Virus record (IMG/VR): IMGVR_UViG_3300020455_000616
Direction: 5' to 3' (one strand)
Origin: a virus
Length of the DNA: 64,000 nt
Shown piece after piece: positions 1 through 10,539 of this stretch; positions within the stretch are counted from its first letter, which is position 1; every line of letters starts with the position of its first letter. The notes under the pieces are model-generated. The model was not told the DNA's origin, did not search any database, and saw only the letters and a list, made by a program, of their open reading frames with translations. Made by a program: the position numbers and the translations under genes.

Positions 1-323
1 CCTAATTGAAACCAACGCACAAGATCTCCCTGTGCTTCTGGTCCCCAAAGGAATAGAAGACTATGACCCATAGCATCACCAGGTGTGGAGACTGCTGCGG
101 TCAAAAAGTTTGCTCCCTCAAGATATGAGGATGCGATACCATGTGTGTACCAACTAGTAACGAATGTGGTTCCAACGAACCAACCACCAATTGCTAAGTA
201 AGCACAAGGTAAAAGGAGTAGTCCTGACCATCCGATGAATACAAACCGATCTCTTTTTAACCAGTCATCTAATGCGTCAAACCATCCTAGTTCTGTTTGT
301 CGTTGTAGTGTTGAAGCTACCAT
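1..323 (-). CDS. psbD: Photosystem II D2 protein, 5' part (truncated by window edge)
   Basis: Manual translation from ATG at 323: [48 protein letters not shown]...[15 protein letters not shown]; not in ORF track. Confidence 0.97.
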   Translation of the reverse strand, partial: MVASTLQRQTELGWFDALDDWLKRDRFVFIGWSGLLLLPCAYLAIGGWFVGTTFVTSWYTHGIASSYLEGANFLTAAVSTPGDAMGHSLLFLWGPEAQGDLVRWFQL

Positions 324-337
324 TAATTTTTCCTATT

Positions 338-360
338 AAAAAGGGGTCATAAAGACCCCT
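338..360 (-). terminator. Intrinsic terminator after psbA
   Basis: Minus strand AGGGGTC-TTTAT-GACCCCT followed by TTTT. Confidence 0.8.
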
Positions 361-383
361 GTTTGCGATTATGGGTTAAATTA

Positions 384-1466
384 TTAACCGATAGAAGGTG
401 CAAGAAGTGCAACTTCAGATGTCTCAGCAGATGCTAAGTCAAGTGGGAAGTTGTGTGCATTTCTTTCGTGCATTACTTCCATACCAAGGTTTGCTCTGTT
501 AAGAACGTCACCCCAAGTAGGAACAACCTTACCAGATGCGTCTACGACAGACTGGTTGAAGTTAAATCCATTCAAGTTGAATGCCATTGTACAGATACCC
601 ATAGAGGTTAACCATACACATACAACTGGGAATGTTGCAAGGAAGAAGTGTAAACTTCTTGAGTTGTTGAATGAAGCATACTGGAAGATAAGTCTACCAA
701 AGTAACCGTGAGCGGCAACGATGTTGTATGTTTCTTCTTCTTGTCCGAACTTGTAGCCGTAGTTTTGACTCTCGTTTTCTGTTGTCTCTCTGATTAGAGA
801 AGATGTAACTAGAGAACCGTGCATTGCACTGAAGAGACTACCACCGAACATTCCTGCTACTCCTGCCATGTGGAAAGGGTGCATAAGAATGTTGTGTTCT
901 GCTTGGAACACGAACATAAAGTTGAACGTTCCTGATATACCTAAAGGCATTCCGTCTGAGAATGAACCCTGACCGAATGGGTATACTAAGAATACAGCAA
1001 ATGCTGCAGATACTGGTGCTGAATAAGCAACGCAGATCCAAGGACGCATACCTAAACGGTATGAAAGTTCCCACTGTCTACCCATGTAGGCAGAAATTCC
1101 AATAAGGAAGTGGAATATAACTAATTGATAAGGACCACCGTTATACAACCACTCATCTAGAGTTGCTGCTTCCCATATAGGGTAAAAATGTAAACCAATT
1201 GCGTTTGATGAAGGAACAACTGCACCAGAGATGATGTTGTTACCATACATGAATGAACCTGCTACAGGTTCACGGATTCCGTCGATATCGACAGGAGGTG
1301 CTGCAATGAATGCAACGATAAAACATGTTGCTGCTGCGAGCAAGCATGGGATCATGAGTACACCAAACCAACCAACATAAATTCTGTTGTTTGTTGAGGT
1401 TACCCACTGACAGAACTCAGACCAACCTGATAGTAAGCCTTGTTCCTTTCTTGAAAGAGTTGTCAT
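384..1466 (-). CDS. psbA: Photosystem II D1 protein, Prochlorococcus-like
   Basis: [30 protein letters not shown]; 360 aa, no intron. Confidence 0.99.
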   Translation of the reverse strand: MTTLSRKEQGLLSGWSEFCQWVTSTNNRIYVGWFGVLMIPCLLAAATCFIVAFIAAPPVDIDGIREPVAGSFMYGNNIISGAVVPSSNAIGLHFYPIWEAATLDEWLYNGGPYQLVIFHFLIGISAYMGRQWELSYRLGMRPWICVAYSAPVSAAFAVFLVYPFGQGSFSDGMPLGISGTFNFMFVFQAEHNILMHPFHMAGVAGMFGGSLFSAMHGSLVTSSLIRETTENESQNYGYKFGQEEETYNIVAAHGYFGRLIFQYASFNNSRSLHFFLATFPVVCVWLTSMGICTMAFNLNGFNFNQSVVDASGKVVPTWGDVLNRANLGMEVMHERNAHNFPLDLASAETSEVALLAPSIG

Positions 1467-1505
1467 GAGGACGTTAAATTTAAATAGGGCACAAGGGACG
1501 TGCGA

Positions 1506-1513
1506 TATTTATA
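1506..1513 (-). promoter_or_regulatory. T4-type late promoter upstream of psbA
   Basis: TATAAATA on minus strand about 40 nt before the ATG. Confidence 0.55.
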
Positions 1514-1515
1514 TT

Positions 1516-1588
1516 TCCATCAATCCCTTCACTGATGGATATTAGAGACGAAGTTTTATCCTCCCTTTAAAGGTCTCGGTTAAAGGAG
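1516..1588 (-). ncRNA. Structured psbA 5' UTR (PhotoRC-II-like motif)
   Basis: Hairpin CUCCUUUAA/UUAAAGGGAG whose loop GAGAC can pair with downstream GUCUC (pseudoknot), then hairpin UCCAUCA/UGAUGGA; family name is from recall. Confidence 0.6.
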
Positions 1589-1624
1589 CATATTAAATGT
1601 CAGCAAAAGCAGACGTTGTTATAT

Positions 1625-1653
1625 ATTATATAGTATTTGTAAAGTTTTGTCAA
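1625..1653 (-). promoter_or_regulatory. Sigma70 promoter of psbA with overlapping HLR1-like box
   Basis: Perfect TTGACA-N17-TATAAT; TTGACAAA-AC-TTTACAAA direct repeat covers the -35. Confidence 0.85.
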
Positions 1654-1658
1654 GCAGT

Positions 1659-2633
1659 TTATAAAATATTCACTACACCTACCATTCCACCGTGAGCTGT
1701 GCATTGATACACATAAGCAGTTCCAGCAGACAATGACTGTGCTGGTGTATAGAATAAGAATCCTGTTGTAGATCCACTAATACCATCAGTAACTGTTGCA
1801 CCACCATTACTTTCTCTAATCTCAAATGGATGAGAACCACCTGCCTGATTCTGGAATCTATAAGTAAATCCTCTGAATAAATTAATGGTTGGGTTATCAG
1901 TTGCAGGATTAGAACCACCACCTGATAGTCTGTAGGCAGATGATCCGTTATTAGTTACAACAAATGCTACATTGTGATCTGGTCTAGGAGTATCAACGAA
2001 ACTAAGCGTTGCCGATCCATTCGTAACAAGAACTTGATTGAGACTCCCGTCACTTGTAGGGTAGGTAAGTCCATTAAGAACTGCAGTACTGGTACTCTTA
2101 AGATTAACAGCAGTTACAATTCCACTAGCATTAACAGAACGATTATTAATATCTTGAACTGTAATATCTGGTGTTCCAGTTAATCCCTGAGAGGTTGTTG
2201 ATATTCCTGAAGTGGTTGCGTATCCTGCTGTCGTTGCTGAAGTTGCAGTGTCTGAGTTACCAGTTACATCACCAGTAACAGCACCCTTGAATGTAGTTGC
2301 TGTAATAACACCAGTAATATTTGCTCCACCTGATCCAGTTATATACTTACTATTAAGATCTAAGTCACCACCAAGTCTCGGTGTAGTGTCTAAGAATACA
2401 GAAGACAATCCACTAATACCAGTTAGTCCTGCACCATTACCGTAGTATGTACCACCAGTAACAACTCCGACTGTTGTTATACCGACAACAGTTAGGTTCC
2501 TACCTATACTTGCATCAGTACTGATCGCAACAGAGTGAGAATCTAAATTTATTGCGCCAGGACTTTCGATTGTAGGAGTTCCACCTGAACCTATAATCGC
2601 AATCTCTCTTACGCCAAAACTTCTATCTGCCAT
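1659..2633 (-). CDS. Fibre-like virion protein with C-terminal cupredoxin-like domain
   Basis: Gly/Thr-rich fibre motifs (YYGNGAGLTGI, PRLGGDLDLN); C-terminal SHPF...YQCTAHGGMVG. Confidence 0.7.
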   Translation of the reverse strand: MADRSFGVREIAIIGSGGTPTIESPGAINLDSHSVAISTDASIGRNLTVVGITTVGVVTGGTYYGNGAGLTGISGLSSVFLDTTPRLGGDLDLNSKYITGSGGANITGVITATTFKGAVTGDVTGNSDTATSATTAGYATTSGISTTSQGLTGTPDITVQDINNRSVNASGIVTAVNLKSTSTAVLNGLTYPTSDGSLNQVLVTNGSATLSFVDTPRPDHNVAFVVTNNGSSAYRLSGGGSNPATDNPTINLFRGFTYRFQNQAGGSHPFEIRESNGGATVTDGISGSTTGFLFYTPAQSLSAGTAYVYQCTAHGGMVGVVNIL

Positions 2634-2653
2634 TGGTATTTGTTTTTAGATAT

Positions 2654-4738
2654 TTATGAACGGTAGACTATTTTTAATCCACCACCCGTGAACTTCATTC
2701 CTTCACCACTAATTGTTTTAAAATTAGGGGTCTCAAATGTCTGGTCTTCATTACCAGTAGGAGCATCCCAAACAATGCAAGGGAATGCACCCTCTAGACT
2801 ATTTACATCTGACCATGAAGATGCATTAGCAGTACCAGAATCAACTCCATGATGAAACTCAGATGAAGGTTGTAGTCCAACTGTGGTAACACCCACAGGT
2901 TGACTATTACCCCTCAACCAATTCCTTACATCTTGCCAACCCCAGTTTCTATTGTACTGCATCTTGGTAGTAATCATACCTGCTGCTACAGGACAGGCAG
3001 CACTGGTTCCACTAAATGAACCATCAACCCATTCAGTATAAGTGCTATTACTATAAGTATCTCTTCGTGATTTACCTGAGGTAGAGTTAACTGCTGTAAC
3101 GATACCATCAGCAGAAGCAAAACAATCAATCTCATTACCCATGTCACTATAACTTACCTTACGTTCCTTATAACTTCCATCAAAAGTTCCATAAGAATCA
3201 TCAAGAGCACCAATATTAATTGCTCTGTAAGTATATACTGTTCCACCTATACCAGATCTTATCATACCTGCCTGTTGCGGGAACCCTCTTCTATTAGTAT
3301 AAGGATACTTTTGTCTTCCAAATTCAGAAAAATAATTCTGTCCCACAGTAACACCAGCACCAGTATTAAAGAAGTTATTAAAATCAGGATGATCTGAACT
3401 AACTTGCTTTTGATTACTATTACCAGCAGCACCAACAAATATAACACCAGCATCAATTAATTCATCAGCAGCTTGTGTCATACTGCTTGGTAATAATTCT
3501 CCCTTCATTCTATAAGAATCACCAAAATAACCAACCCACTTCATGAATCCAGGTTTAGTATTACTTCCATTATAAGGACTACGATTACCACCAACAGTAT
3601 AAGATATACCATTAGTGTCACCACGATAATAATAATATCCCTCATCAGATGGTACAGCACGGTATCCCCAACTGTTACTTGAGACAGTAGGATCTTGAGT
3701 ACCATACTTAGGATTATTTGGTTTCATTTGATGGAACAACTTTTGTGCATCAAACCCTGCTTCAATACCAGACCCATTAGTACCATATAAATTTAGATTC
3801 CATTTGTTAGCATTAAATGCCCAACCTTGTGTTCTACCACAACTAGCAGCCATGCATTGTGTGCCATGATAACTTCCATTCTGTGCTAATTGATTATTAT
3901 CTCCATTACAAGATGCTCTAGTATAACTTGTACTTACATTTGCAGTTCCAAATGTAGAGAATCCAACCGAACGATATGCTGAACTACTAAATCTCCACCA
4001 GTTCCTTGCTACCGATTCAACAGGAACAGTAGTTCCATCCCATCGAAGTTCTAATCTTGAGGCAGGATTTGCATTAAAAAAGTCTGGGTCAATATAATAA
4101 GGTGCTTCTAAAACCAAGTCACACAAATCACATGTACCACTGGTAGTTGATATACCACTTCTACTTAATATATTACCATCATTATAATTGTCAGGTCCGC
4201 CGCCAGTGGCATCAGTTTGAAACTCTACATGACCAAACCAACATCCCTCATCACATACAATAAGATCTACATCTCTACCATCACCTTCATGTAGAATTCT
4301 ATTCATTAATACTTCGTTATCACCAGCAGAACTATGAGTCCAAGGATCTGCTAACTGAGCATGTCTATAAATTTGATATCCAGTACGTTTTAAATCATCA
4401 TCCGTTAACGTACTAGGCATGAGATTATAATCTCTATGATTTTTTATTGCCTGTGCATATCTAAACGTCTGCCCTGCTACTAACTCATCAGCAGGAGGAG
4501 AGTAATCTTCCTGTGCTTCCTCAACATAAAGAACTTTAGGATGCTTTTTTAATTCTGTTGCTTCATCATCAGTGAGCATATAAACTGCTCTAGTTTTACT
4601 ATGTTCTTTTAAATCATCTACTGTGATTGATTCAGATGGTATATTATCTTCTAAAGATCCATCTTTACTTAATTCTTCATGGATGTAAGTCCAGTCTTCT
4701 GGAGCAGTACATCCAACGGCATAACGCTTTTTAGACAT
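2654..4738 (-). CDS. Subtilisin-like (S8) serine protease
   Basis: Triad motifs LIVCDEG, YHGTQC, FSGTSAACP; oxyanion AAGN; N-terminal propeptide-like region. Confidence 0.88.
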   Translation of the reverse strand: MSKKRYAVGCTAPEDWTYIHEELSKDGSLEDNIPSESITVDDLKEHSKTRAVYMLTDDEATELKKHPKVLYVEEAQEDYSPPADELVAGQTFRYAQAIKNHRDYNLMPSTLTDDDLKRTGYQIYRHAQLADPWTHSSAGDNEVLMNRILHEGDGRDVDLIVCDEGCWFGHVEFQTDATGGGPDNYNDGNILSRSGISTTSGTCDLCDLVLEAPYYIDPDFFNANPASRLELRWDGTTVPVESVARNWWRFSSSAYRSVGFSTFGTANVSTSYTRASCNGDNNQLAQNGSYHGTQCMAASCGRTQGWAFNANKWNLNLYGTNGSGIEAGFDAQKLFHQMKPNNPKYGTQDPTVSSNSWGYRAVPSDEGYYYYRGDTNGISYTVGGNRSPYNGSNTKPGFMKWVGYFGDSYRMKGELLPSSMTQAADELIDAGVIFVGAAGNSNQKQVSSDHPDFNNFFNTGAGVTVGQNYFSEFGRQKYPYTNRRGFPQQAGMIRSGIGGTVYTYRAINIGALDDSYGTFDGSYKERKVSYSDMGNEIDCFASADGIVTAVNSTSGKSRRDTYSNSTYTEWVDGSFSGTSAACPVAAGMITTKMQYNRNWGWQDVRNWLRGNSQPVGVTTVGLQPSSEFHHGVDSGTANASSWSDVNSLEGAFPCIVWDAPTGNEDQTFETPNFKTISGEGMKFTGGGLKIVYRS

Positions 4739-4742
4739 AAGA

Positions 4743-7700
4743 CTAGAGTAGTGTTCCTCTTACAAATCTGTAAGTTATAACTCCATTAATTCCTGATACA
4801 GGAGTTGCTTGAAGTGATACAGTTCCACTTGATATCGTTGAACCAACAGATACTATTGCTGAAGGAGAAGTCATAACTGCATACTCATTAGAGTAACAGT
4901 TTGTTCCATCCTGCATGAGTAGAACTTTTTGCGACTGTAAGAATGTACCAATACCAAGATGTAATGTGTACTCAGCAGTCTTAAAGTCAAGCGATGCTGT
5001 ATTGAATGAGTCTATAGTTACAGGAGTTCCAGCAACACCAGCGAAGGTTCCAATTCCAGACTCAACACCATAGTGACCACCAACTTGTAATTGAGTATTA
5101 GCTTTAGTTGTACTAATACCTGCCTTCGATATGGTATGAATACCAACAGCATCTGTCTCCCATAAACCTTGAGAAGCATTACTAACTGTGATAGTTGCTG
5201 TTCCAGAAGTAACACTTGCAGCAATACCAGCACCTACAAAGTTAAGTGTAGTAGCAGTGCCCGTAACAGATCCTTCATCTTTAATAATAACACCAGTTCC
5301 TGAAGCAACAACTCCAGTTAAACCCGAACCATCACCATAGAATTTATTAGCACCAGTTATAGAACCAGCAATAGATACTGCACCATTAATAGATACGGAT
5401 GCATTACCATCAGGTGTTGTCCTACCTATACTTAATGTACCTGAATTTTGTATAACAAGATGGTTCTTACCACTTGTATACAGAGCAGCATATGCATCAT
5501 GGGCATTCTCCATGACCAGACTTCCGCTGGAATTCCAAGGCATCCATATATGTCCACCATAGAATCTTGCATTACCAGTAGCATTGATTGAGTATGTGTT
5601 TGCCCATGTAGTTCCAATACCAATCTTACCGTCTACGTATAGGTTACTAGCAGTACTATCACCAAGATATAATTTAGCATTATCGGCAACATCATCTGCA
5701 ATCCCTGCTTTATTTGCATAGTCTTGAGTAGTCTCAATAGTAGCAATACCATTATTAACGGTAGCAGTAATACCAGTTCCAACAAAGTTAATTGTTGCAG
5801 CAATACCAAGAGCAGATCCTTCTTCTTGAAGGACAACACCAGATCCAGCAGCAGTAACCCCAGTTAGTAGTGAACCATCTCCAACAAACTTAGTTGCTGT
5901 AGTAACACCAAGAATAACATCAGGTGTACCACTCAATCCTGTTGCATTACCTGATAGATTACCAGTAATAGTATCTGTAAACCTAGCATCACCATGAACA
6001 TCAAGATAGTACTTAGGAATTGCACTGTTGATACCTACGTTACCGTAGTCAGCATTTGATGGATTACCACCAGTAATATTAAAGAAACTAGTACCTATAT
6101 TACCACTTGCTTCCGAGGCAATCTTAAAGTTACCTGCGTTGTTATCTAACCTAAGACCAATAGTTAAACCATCAGTTGTGTTACCATCCATATGGAGGGT
6201 AGCAGTCTTCTTAAAGTATTGATCATCTTCTAATTTTAATATTGGTGACTGACCAGTGATTTGAACATTATCTCTAACACCTAAGACACCACCAACATAC
6301 ATTGATCGTCCAGCACCAACATAAGCATCACCAGTTGTGTTGAGTTGATCAACAGTAATAGAAGGTGTACCTGTTATACCACCTGCAGATCCAGCAGTGT
6401 CTGCTACCAGTGCATTAGTAGCATATGCAGATGTACTTGCTACTCCACAATTGGTTGCATAACTCGCAGTTCCTGTAAGATCTCCTTTAAATCCAGCAAC
6501 AGAGGTAACAATTCCAGCAAAGTTAGCAGCACCAGTTGATACGGTATCTCCTTCTATAGAAATTCCTTCATCAGTAGTAGAGAACTTAAGTACATTATTA
6601 AAGAATAGATTTGCTGCACCATTAGGAATAAAGGATGCACCTAACTCACCATTATATCTGATGAATACTCCACCAGTACCAGTGTTAGTAAGATATAAAC
6701 CTCCATCACTATCACTATTAATTACATGAAGTCCAGTAGTAGAGTTATTAGTACCCCAGAATATATCACCATAATTATTTGCACCACTATTACCAAATCT
6801 AGCAACAGCAGATGAGTCATAGGTAAATGTATACCCATTACTCATTGATACATTCTGACTAATTGAATTAGTCAAGTAACTACTGAGATCTACAGGAGTA
6901 TATGTGAATACACCAGTTGAACTATTGTAATTAAAGGTTGCAATACCAGCAGGTGCTCCATTAGATGCAGACAATGATGTTAATGCAATACCTGAACCAC
7001 CAGCAGCAGTTAAGTCAGCAGCAGAAACCCACTTACCAGCAGAGTTATCCCACTTAAGAACATGACCATCAGTTGGTGATCCTGCATTAACATCTGTTAG
7101 ATCATTAAGAGCAAGAGTTGCAGCAATACCAGTTAGACTTGAACCATCACCAACAAACTTCTGTGCTGTAACTATTCCAGTAAAGTTTGCACTTGATAAA
7201 CCAACTACATCATGATTAAAGATTGCATCCTTATGGAATGTTGATACTCCACTAACCTTAAGGTTATTAACTATATCAACTAATGCATTATCAGAATCAA
7301 GATATAAATTACCAGATACACCGTAAATATTATTTGTTCCAAAGGTTCCTATTCTTAAGTTCCTTATCTGTGCTTGTGCAGCAGTAACAATTCCAAGAGC
7401 ATTGATGTCTGTAGCATTAAGATTACCTGTACCGATAAGTCCACCAGTTAAATCACCAGTCACATTACCTACAAGATTACCATAGAACTTATTAGCAGCA
7501 GTTATTGAACTACCACCAGATATATTACCAGTAATATCTAAGGTATCACCCTTTACTTGTCCAGTAGCACTAAGGATTCCTACAATATTAACGCCACTAT
7601 TACTCGTCTCAAATTTCTTAACATCCCCGTAGTACAATTCAGCGGCTCCTTGACCATTGAATACAGCAGACTTAAGATTACCTGCATTAGATATGACTAC

Positions 7701-10187
7701 ACTACCACCATTGGTATGTCTAACTCTTAATATAGTATCACCCCAAGCATGTCCTGCATCAATGTAACATGATCTATCTGTAACAGGATTACCTGTGGTT
7801 GCATATGATAATTGTAATGCAGAATCTGCTCCAATATAAACTCTCTCACTAGCATATAATCTACCAGTAATACCAGCAGTTGATGCAACACTAATATATC
7901 CAGTAGACGTTACATTTCCAGTGAAGGCTGCTCCAGCAAGGGATGCTTTTGTACCAATCAAATTGGTCATTGAAGTGCTGAAGTTTGGATCATCTCCCAA
8001 TGCTGCAGCTAATTCATTCAATGTATCCAAAGTTGCAGGTGCTGACGATACGATACCAGCAACAGCAGCATCAACATATCCTGGTGTAGCAATACCAGTT
8101 AATGTAGAACCATCTCCAGTATATGCACCACTAAATCTTGTCGCTGTAATGACACCACTGGTTACAACACTGGTATTACTTCCAATACCAATAGAAACAT
8201 TCTCCCATCCAGTAAGTTGTGAGGTATTAATTCCTGTTATACCAGAACCACCACCAACAAAACTACCTGCATAATGAGCACCGTAAGTAGTAGTACCACC
8301 ACCTAAAACTTCAAACTTCTCATTACCATTATGATATAAAGTTACACCCTGATCTATCTCAAACTTTGCACCAAACTCACTATTATTAAACTTAAGGTTT
8401 ATATTTGTTCCGTTAGAATTTAATGTTAGATCTCCATCACCTGTCTCTGAAATGTATGATCCTGCACCGTCATGATACACTTCTAGATCCGATCCATCTC
8501 CGAAGACTGCCTTCTTATTATCCTTCCATTGAGCATTATTATTAAAGGTTGTAATGCCAGTGAATACATTATCTCCAGAGAAGGTCAATCCAGTTAATCC
8601 AGATCCATCTCCAGCAAAACTTTGAGCAGTTACAACTCCTGTAAAGACTGCACTTGTAGCACCTATCGCAGCAACATTTATATTGGGTGTTCCTGTTACA
8701 CCTGATGCTAAACTTGCAGTACCAGTAACATCTCCATACAACATTGTTGCAGAAATTGTGCCAGCAGCAGAGACTGTTGTAAATGTACCAGCAGTACCAG
8801 TAATGTTACCACTAAATCCACCCAAGGATGTAACAATACCAGACGCATTTATATTATTAAAGACTGATTGACCTGTGGTATCAATACCAGCAAGTGCTCC
8901 TGTTCCAGCAGTACCGACATTATCTGTCAGACTAATTGTTGCTGTTCCACTATTAAATGTTGCGGTTACAGAAGTACCAACAAAATTAATTGTCGATGCA
9001 GTTCCAATAGTGCTACCTTCTTCTTGAATAATAACACCAGTTCCTGAAGCAGTAACCCCAGTTAATCCTGAACCATCACCAACAAATGCAGAAGCAGTTA
9101 TAATTCCTGAAGTATTAACACTTCCATTAGTTCCAATACCAGCAGCAGGAAGATTAGTTAAATTTGATCCATCTCCATAGTAAGTAGCACCAGTTACGAT
9201 ACCAACATTGTATGTCTCTGTTCCAGTACCAACTACACCATCTAATTCTTTATTAACTATCTCAATCCAAGAACCAGCATGAGCATAATATGCTCTACCT
9301 GTTGAATGAACATGAGCAAACGCACCATGATATGTTGTCGCAGATGGTAGATCACCAATAGTTGGATATAAGAATGGTAATATATTACTTGTTGCTGCAC
9401 CAACAACTCTTCCTTCAACATTTATATCGGTAAAGGTTGATGTACCTGTGGTATCAATACCAGCGATGCTTCCACCACCGCCACCACCAGATACAGTAGC
9501 GAATTCAAATCTCTCTGTAGTGTTATTATACTTTAAGAACTTACCATCATCATCAGCACCATTCCAATCAACATCATCCAAGTAACGGAAGTTAACTTCA
9601 CCGCCACCACCAAGGGTAGCCATCTGTTTGGATATTCTATTAATGAATAGACTGTAATGATTCCTAAGTTGTTCAAAGGTAACAAACTTCTGACCAAGTG
9701 GTGCTAATGGGTCACCATTTTGTGCAGACTCTGGTGGTTCATTTAATAAACCCTCATCTATTCTTTGATGAAGTTTACCATAGACACCTAAAACCTCATC
9801 TAATTTTGCTTCAATCTCACGTAAATTAAAATCTGTATTAATTTGCTCTACTAACTCATCACGAAGTCTATAAAATTCTACATTGACTCCTGCTAAATGC
9901 TTATCTACTCTCTGTAAATGTCTTAACTCTCTCTTATCTGCTACTGATTCACGTAGAGATTCTACCTCATTAGCAATTTGAGTTTTAATATCTTCTGTCT
10001 TATTAGCTTCAGGAAAATACTCCTCCCTCCAGCTAAACTTTTTAGACTCGGTGGAATCCTGTTCCTTTTCCTTATCTTCAGTTAAGACTGATTCAGTTCT
10101 CTTTAAATCTTTATTTAATTTCTTAAGGTTCTCAGATATCTGCCGAGAGTTTGCACCACCCTTAAGTGACTTACGGAAGGTTCCCAT
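4743..10187 (-). CDS. Large tail-fibre-like structural protein (1814 aa)
   Basis: N-terminal coiled coil, repeated FVGDGSGLTG and GVIIQEEGS...INFVG modules, APATLDTLNELAAALGDDPNF fibre motif. Confidence 0.8.
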   Translation of the reverse strand: MGTFRKSLKGGANSRQISENLKKLNKDLKRTESVLTEDKEKEQDSTESKKFSWREEYFPEANKTEDIKTQIANEVESLRESVADKRELRHLQRVDKHLAGVNVEFYRLRDELVEQINTDFNLREIEAKLDEVLGVYGKLHQRIDEGLLNEPPESAQNGDPLAPLGQKFVTFEQLRNHYSLFINRISKQMATLGGGGEVNFRYLDDVDWNGADDDGKFLKYNNTTERFEFATVSGGGGGGSIAGIDTTGTSTFTDINVEGRVVGAATSNILPFLYPTIGDLPSATTYHGAFAHVHSTGRAYYAHAGSWIEIVNKELDGVVGTGTETYNVGIVTGATYYGDGSNLTNLPAAGIGTNGSVNTSGIITASAFVGDGSGLTGVTASGTGVIIQEEGSTIGTASTINFVGTSVTATFNSGTATISLTDNVGTAGTGALAGIDTTGQSVFNNINASGIVTSLGGFSGNITGTAGTFTTVSAAGTISATMLYGDVTGTASLASGVTGTPNINVAAIGATSAVFTGVVTAQSFAGDGSGLTGLTFSGDNVFTGITTFNNNAQWKDNKKAVFGDGSDLEVYHDGAGSYISETGDGDLTLNSNGTNINLKFNNSEFGAKFEIDQGVTLYHNGNEKFEVLGGGTTTYGAHYAGSFVGGGSGITGINTSQLTGWENVSIGIGSNTSVVTSGVITATRFSGAYTGDGSTLTGIATPGYVDAAVAGIVSSAPATLDTLNELAAALGDDPNFSTSMTNLIGTKASLAGAAFTGNVTSTGYISVASTAGITGRLYASERVYIGADSALQLSYATTGNPVTDRSCYIDAGHAWGDTILRVRHTNGGSVVISNAGNLKSAVFNGQGAAELYYGDVKKFETSNSGVNIVGILSATGQVKGDTLDITGNISGGSSITAANKFYGNLVGNVTGDLTGGLIGTGNLNATDINALGIVTAAQAQIRNLRIGTFGTNNIYGVSGNLYLDSDNALVDIVNNLKVSGVSTFHKDAIFNHDVVGLSSANFTGIVTAQKFVGDGSSLTGIAATLALNDLTDVNAGSPTDGHVLKWDNSAGKWVSAADLTAAGGSGIALTSLSASNGAPAGIATFNYNSSTGVFTYTPVDLSSYLTNSISQNVSMSNGYTFTYDSSAVARFGNSGANNYGDIFWGTNNSTTGLHVINSDSDGGLYLTNTGTGGVFIRYNGELGASFIPNGAANLFFNNVLKFSTTDEGISIEGDTVSTGAANFAGIVTSVAGFKGDLTGTASYATNCGVASTSAYATNALVADTAGSAGGITGTPSITVDQLNTTGDAYVGAGRSMYVGGVLGVRDNVQITGQSPILKLEDDQYFKKTATLHMDGNTTDGLTIGLRLDNNAGNFKIASEASGNIGTSFFNITGGNPSNADYGNVGINSAIPKYYLDVHGDARFTDTITGNLSGNATGLSGTPDVILGVTTATKFVGDGSLLTGVTAAGSGVVLQEEGSALGIAATINFVGTGITATVNNGIATIETTQDYANKAGIADDVADNAKLYLGDSTASNLYVDGKIGIGTTWANTYSINATGNARFYGGHIWMPWNSSGSLVMENAHDAYAALYTSGKNHLVIQNSGTLSIGRTTPDGNASVSINGAVSIAGSITGANKFYGDGSGLTGVVASGTGVIIKDEGSVTGTATTLNFVGAGIAASVTSGTATITVSNASQGLWETDAVGIHTISKAGISTTKANTQLQVGGHYGVESGIGTFAGVAGTPVTIDSFNTASLDFKTAEYTLHLGIGTFLQSQKVLLMQDGTNCYSNEYAVMTSPSAIVSVGSTISSGTVSLQATPVSGINGVITYRFVRGTLL

Positions 10188-10281
10188 TAAGTGTATTCCG
10201 AATATGACTTCTTGTGTATATATTTATTATACATTAGATTAGGCATTCTGACTAATAAATAACTTTAGCAAAAGCAAACTC

Positions 10282-10539
10282 ATGGATGTACGAGATACAG
10301 TTACTAGTATTACTGCAGTCGCAGTTGTTGGAGCAGGTTCAGTTGTAGGTGGAGGACAAGTCCTTGACAATATGAATGACGGTCCAGCAAAAAGAAGAGA
10401 AGCAGAAATGACTGAACTACAATTAATAGTTAGAGAAGAAGTTCGCTCTGCTATTAAAGAAGCATGGCCTAAGACCTCTGGTCCTGTACAGGGTTTAGGT
10501 CCAAATCCTAATGGTAACTACCGAGACATAGTAAAATAA
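10282..10539 (+). CDS. Hypothetical protein with N-terminal hydrophobic anchor
   Basis: 85 aa; AATAAATA late-type motif just upstream; TAATG coupling to next gene. Confidence 0.75.
   Translation: MDVRDTVTSITAVAVVGAGSVVGGGQVLDNMNDGPAKRREAEMTELQLIVREEVRSAIKEAWPKTSGPVQGLGPNPNGNYRDIVK

Noticed and set aside
451-1074. ORFs 451..705 (+) and 838..1074 (-) inside psbA
   Set aside because: Shadow frames of a highly conserved gene; no SD or motifs
1679-10242. Many short ORFs within or antisense to the fibre and protease genes (e.g. 2212, 7921, 8683)
   Set aside because: Expected by-products of Gly/Thr/Ala codon repeats
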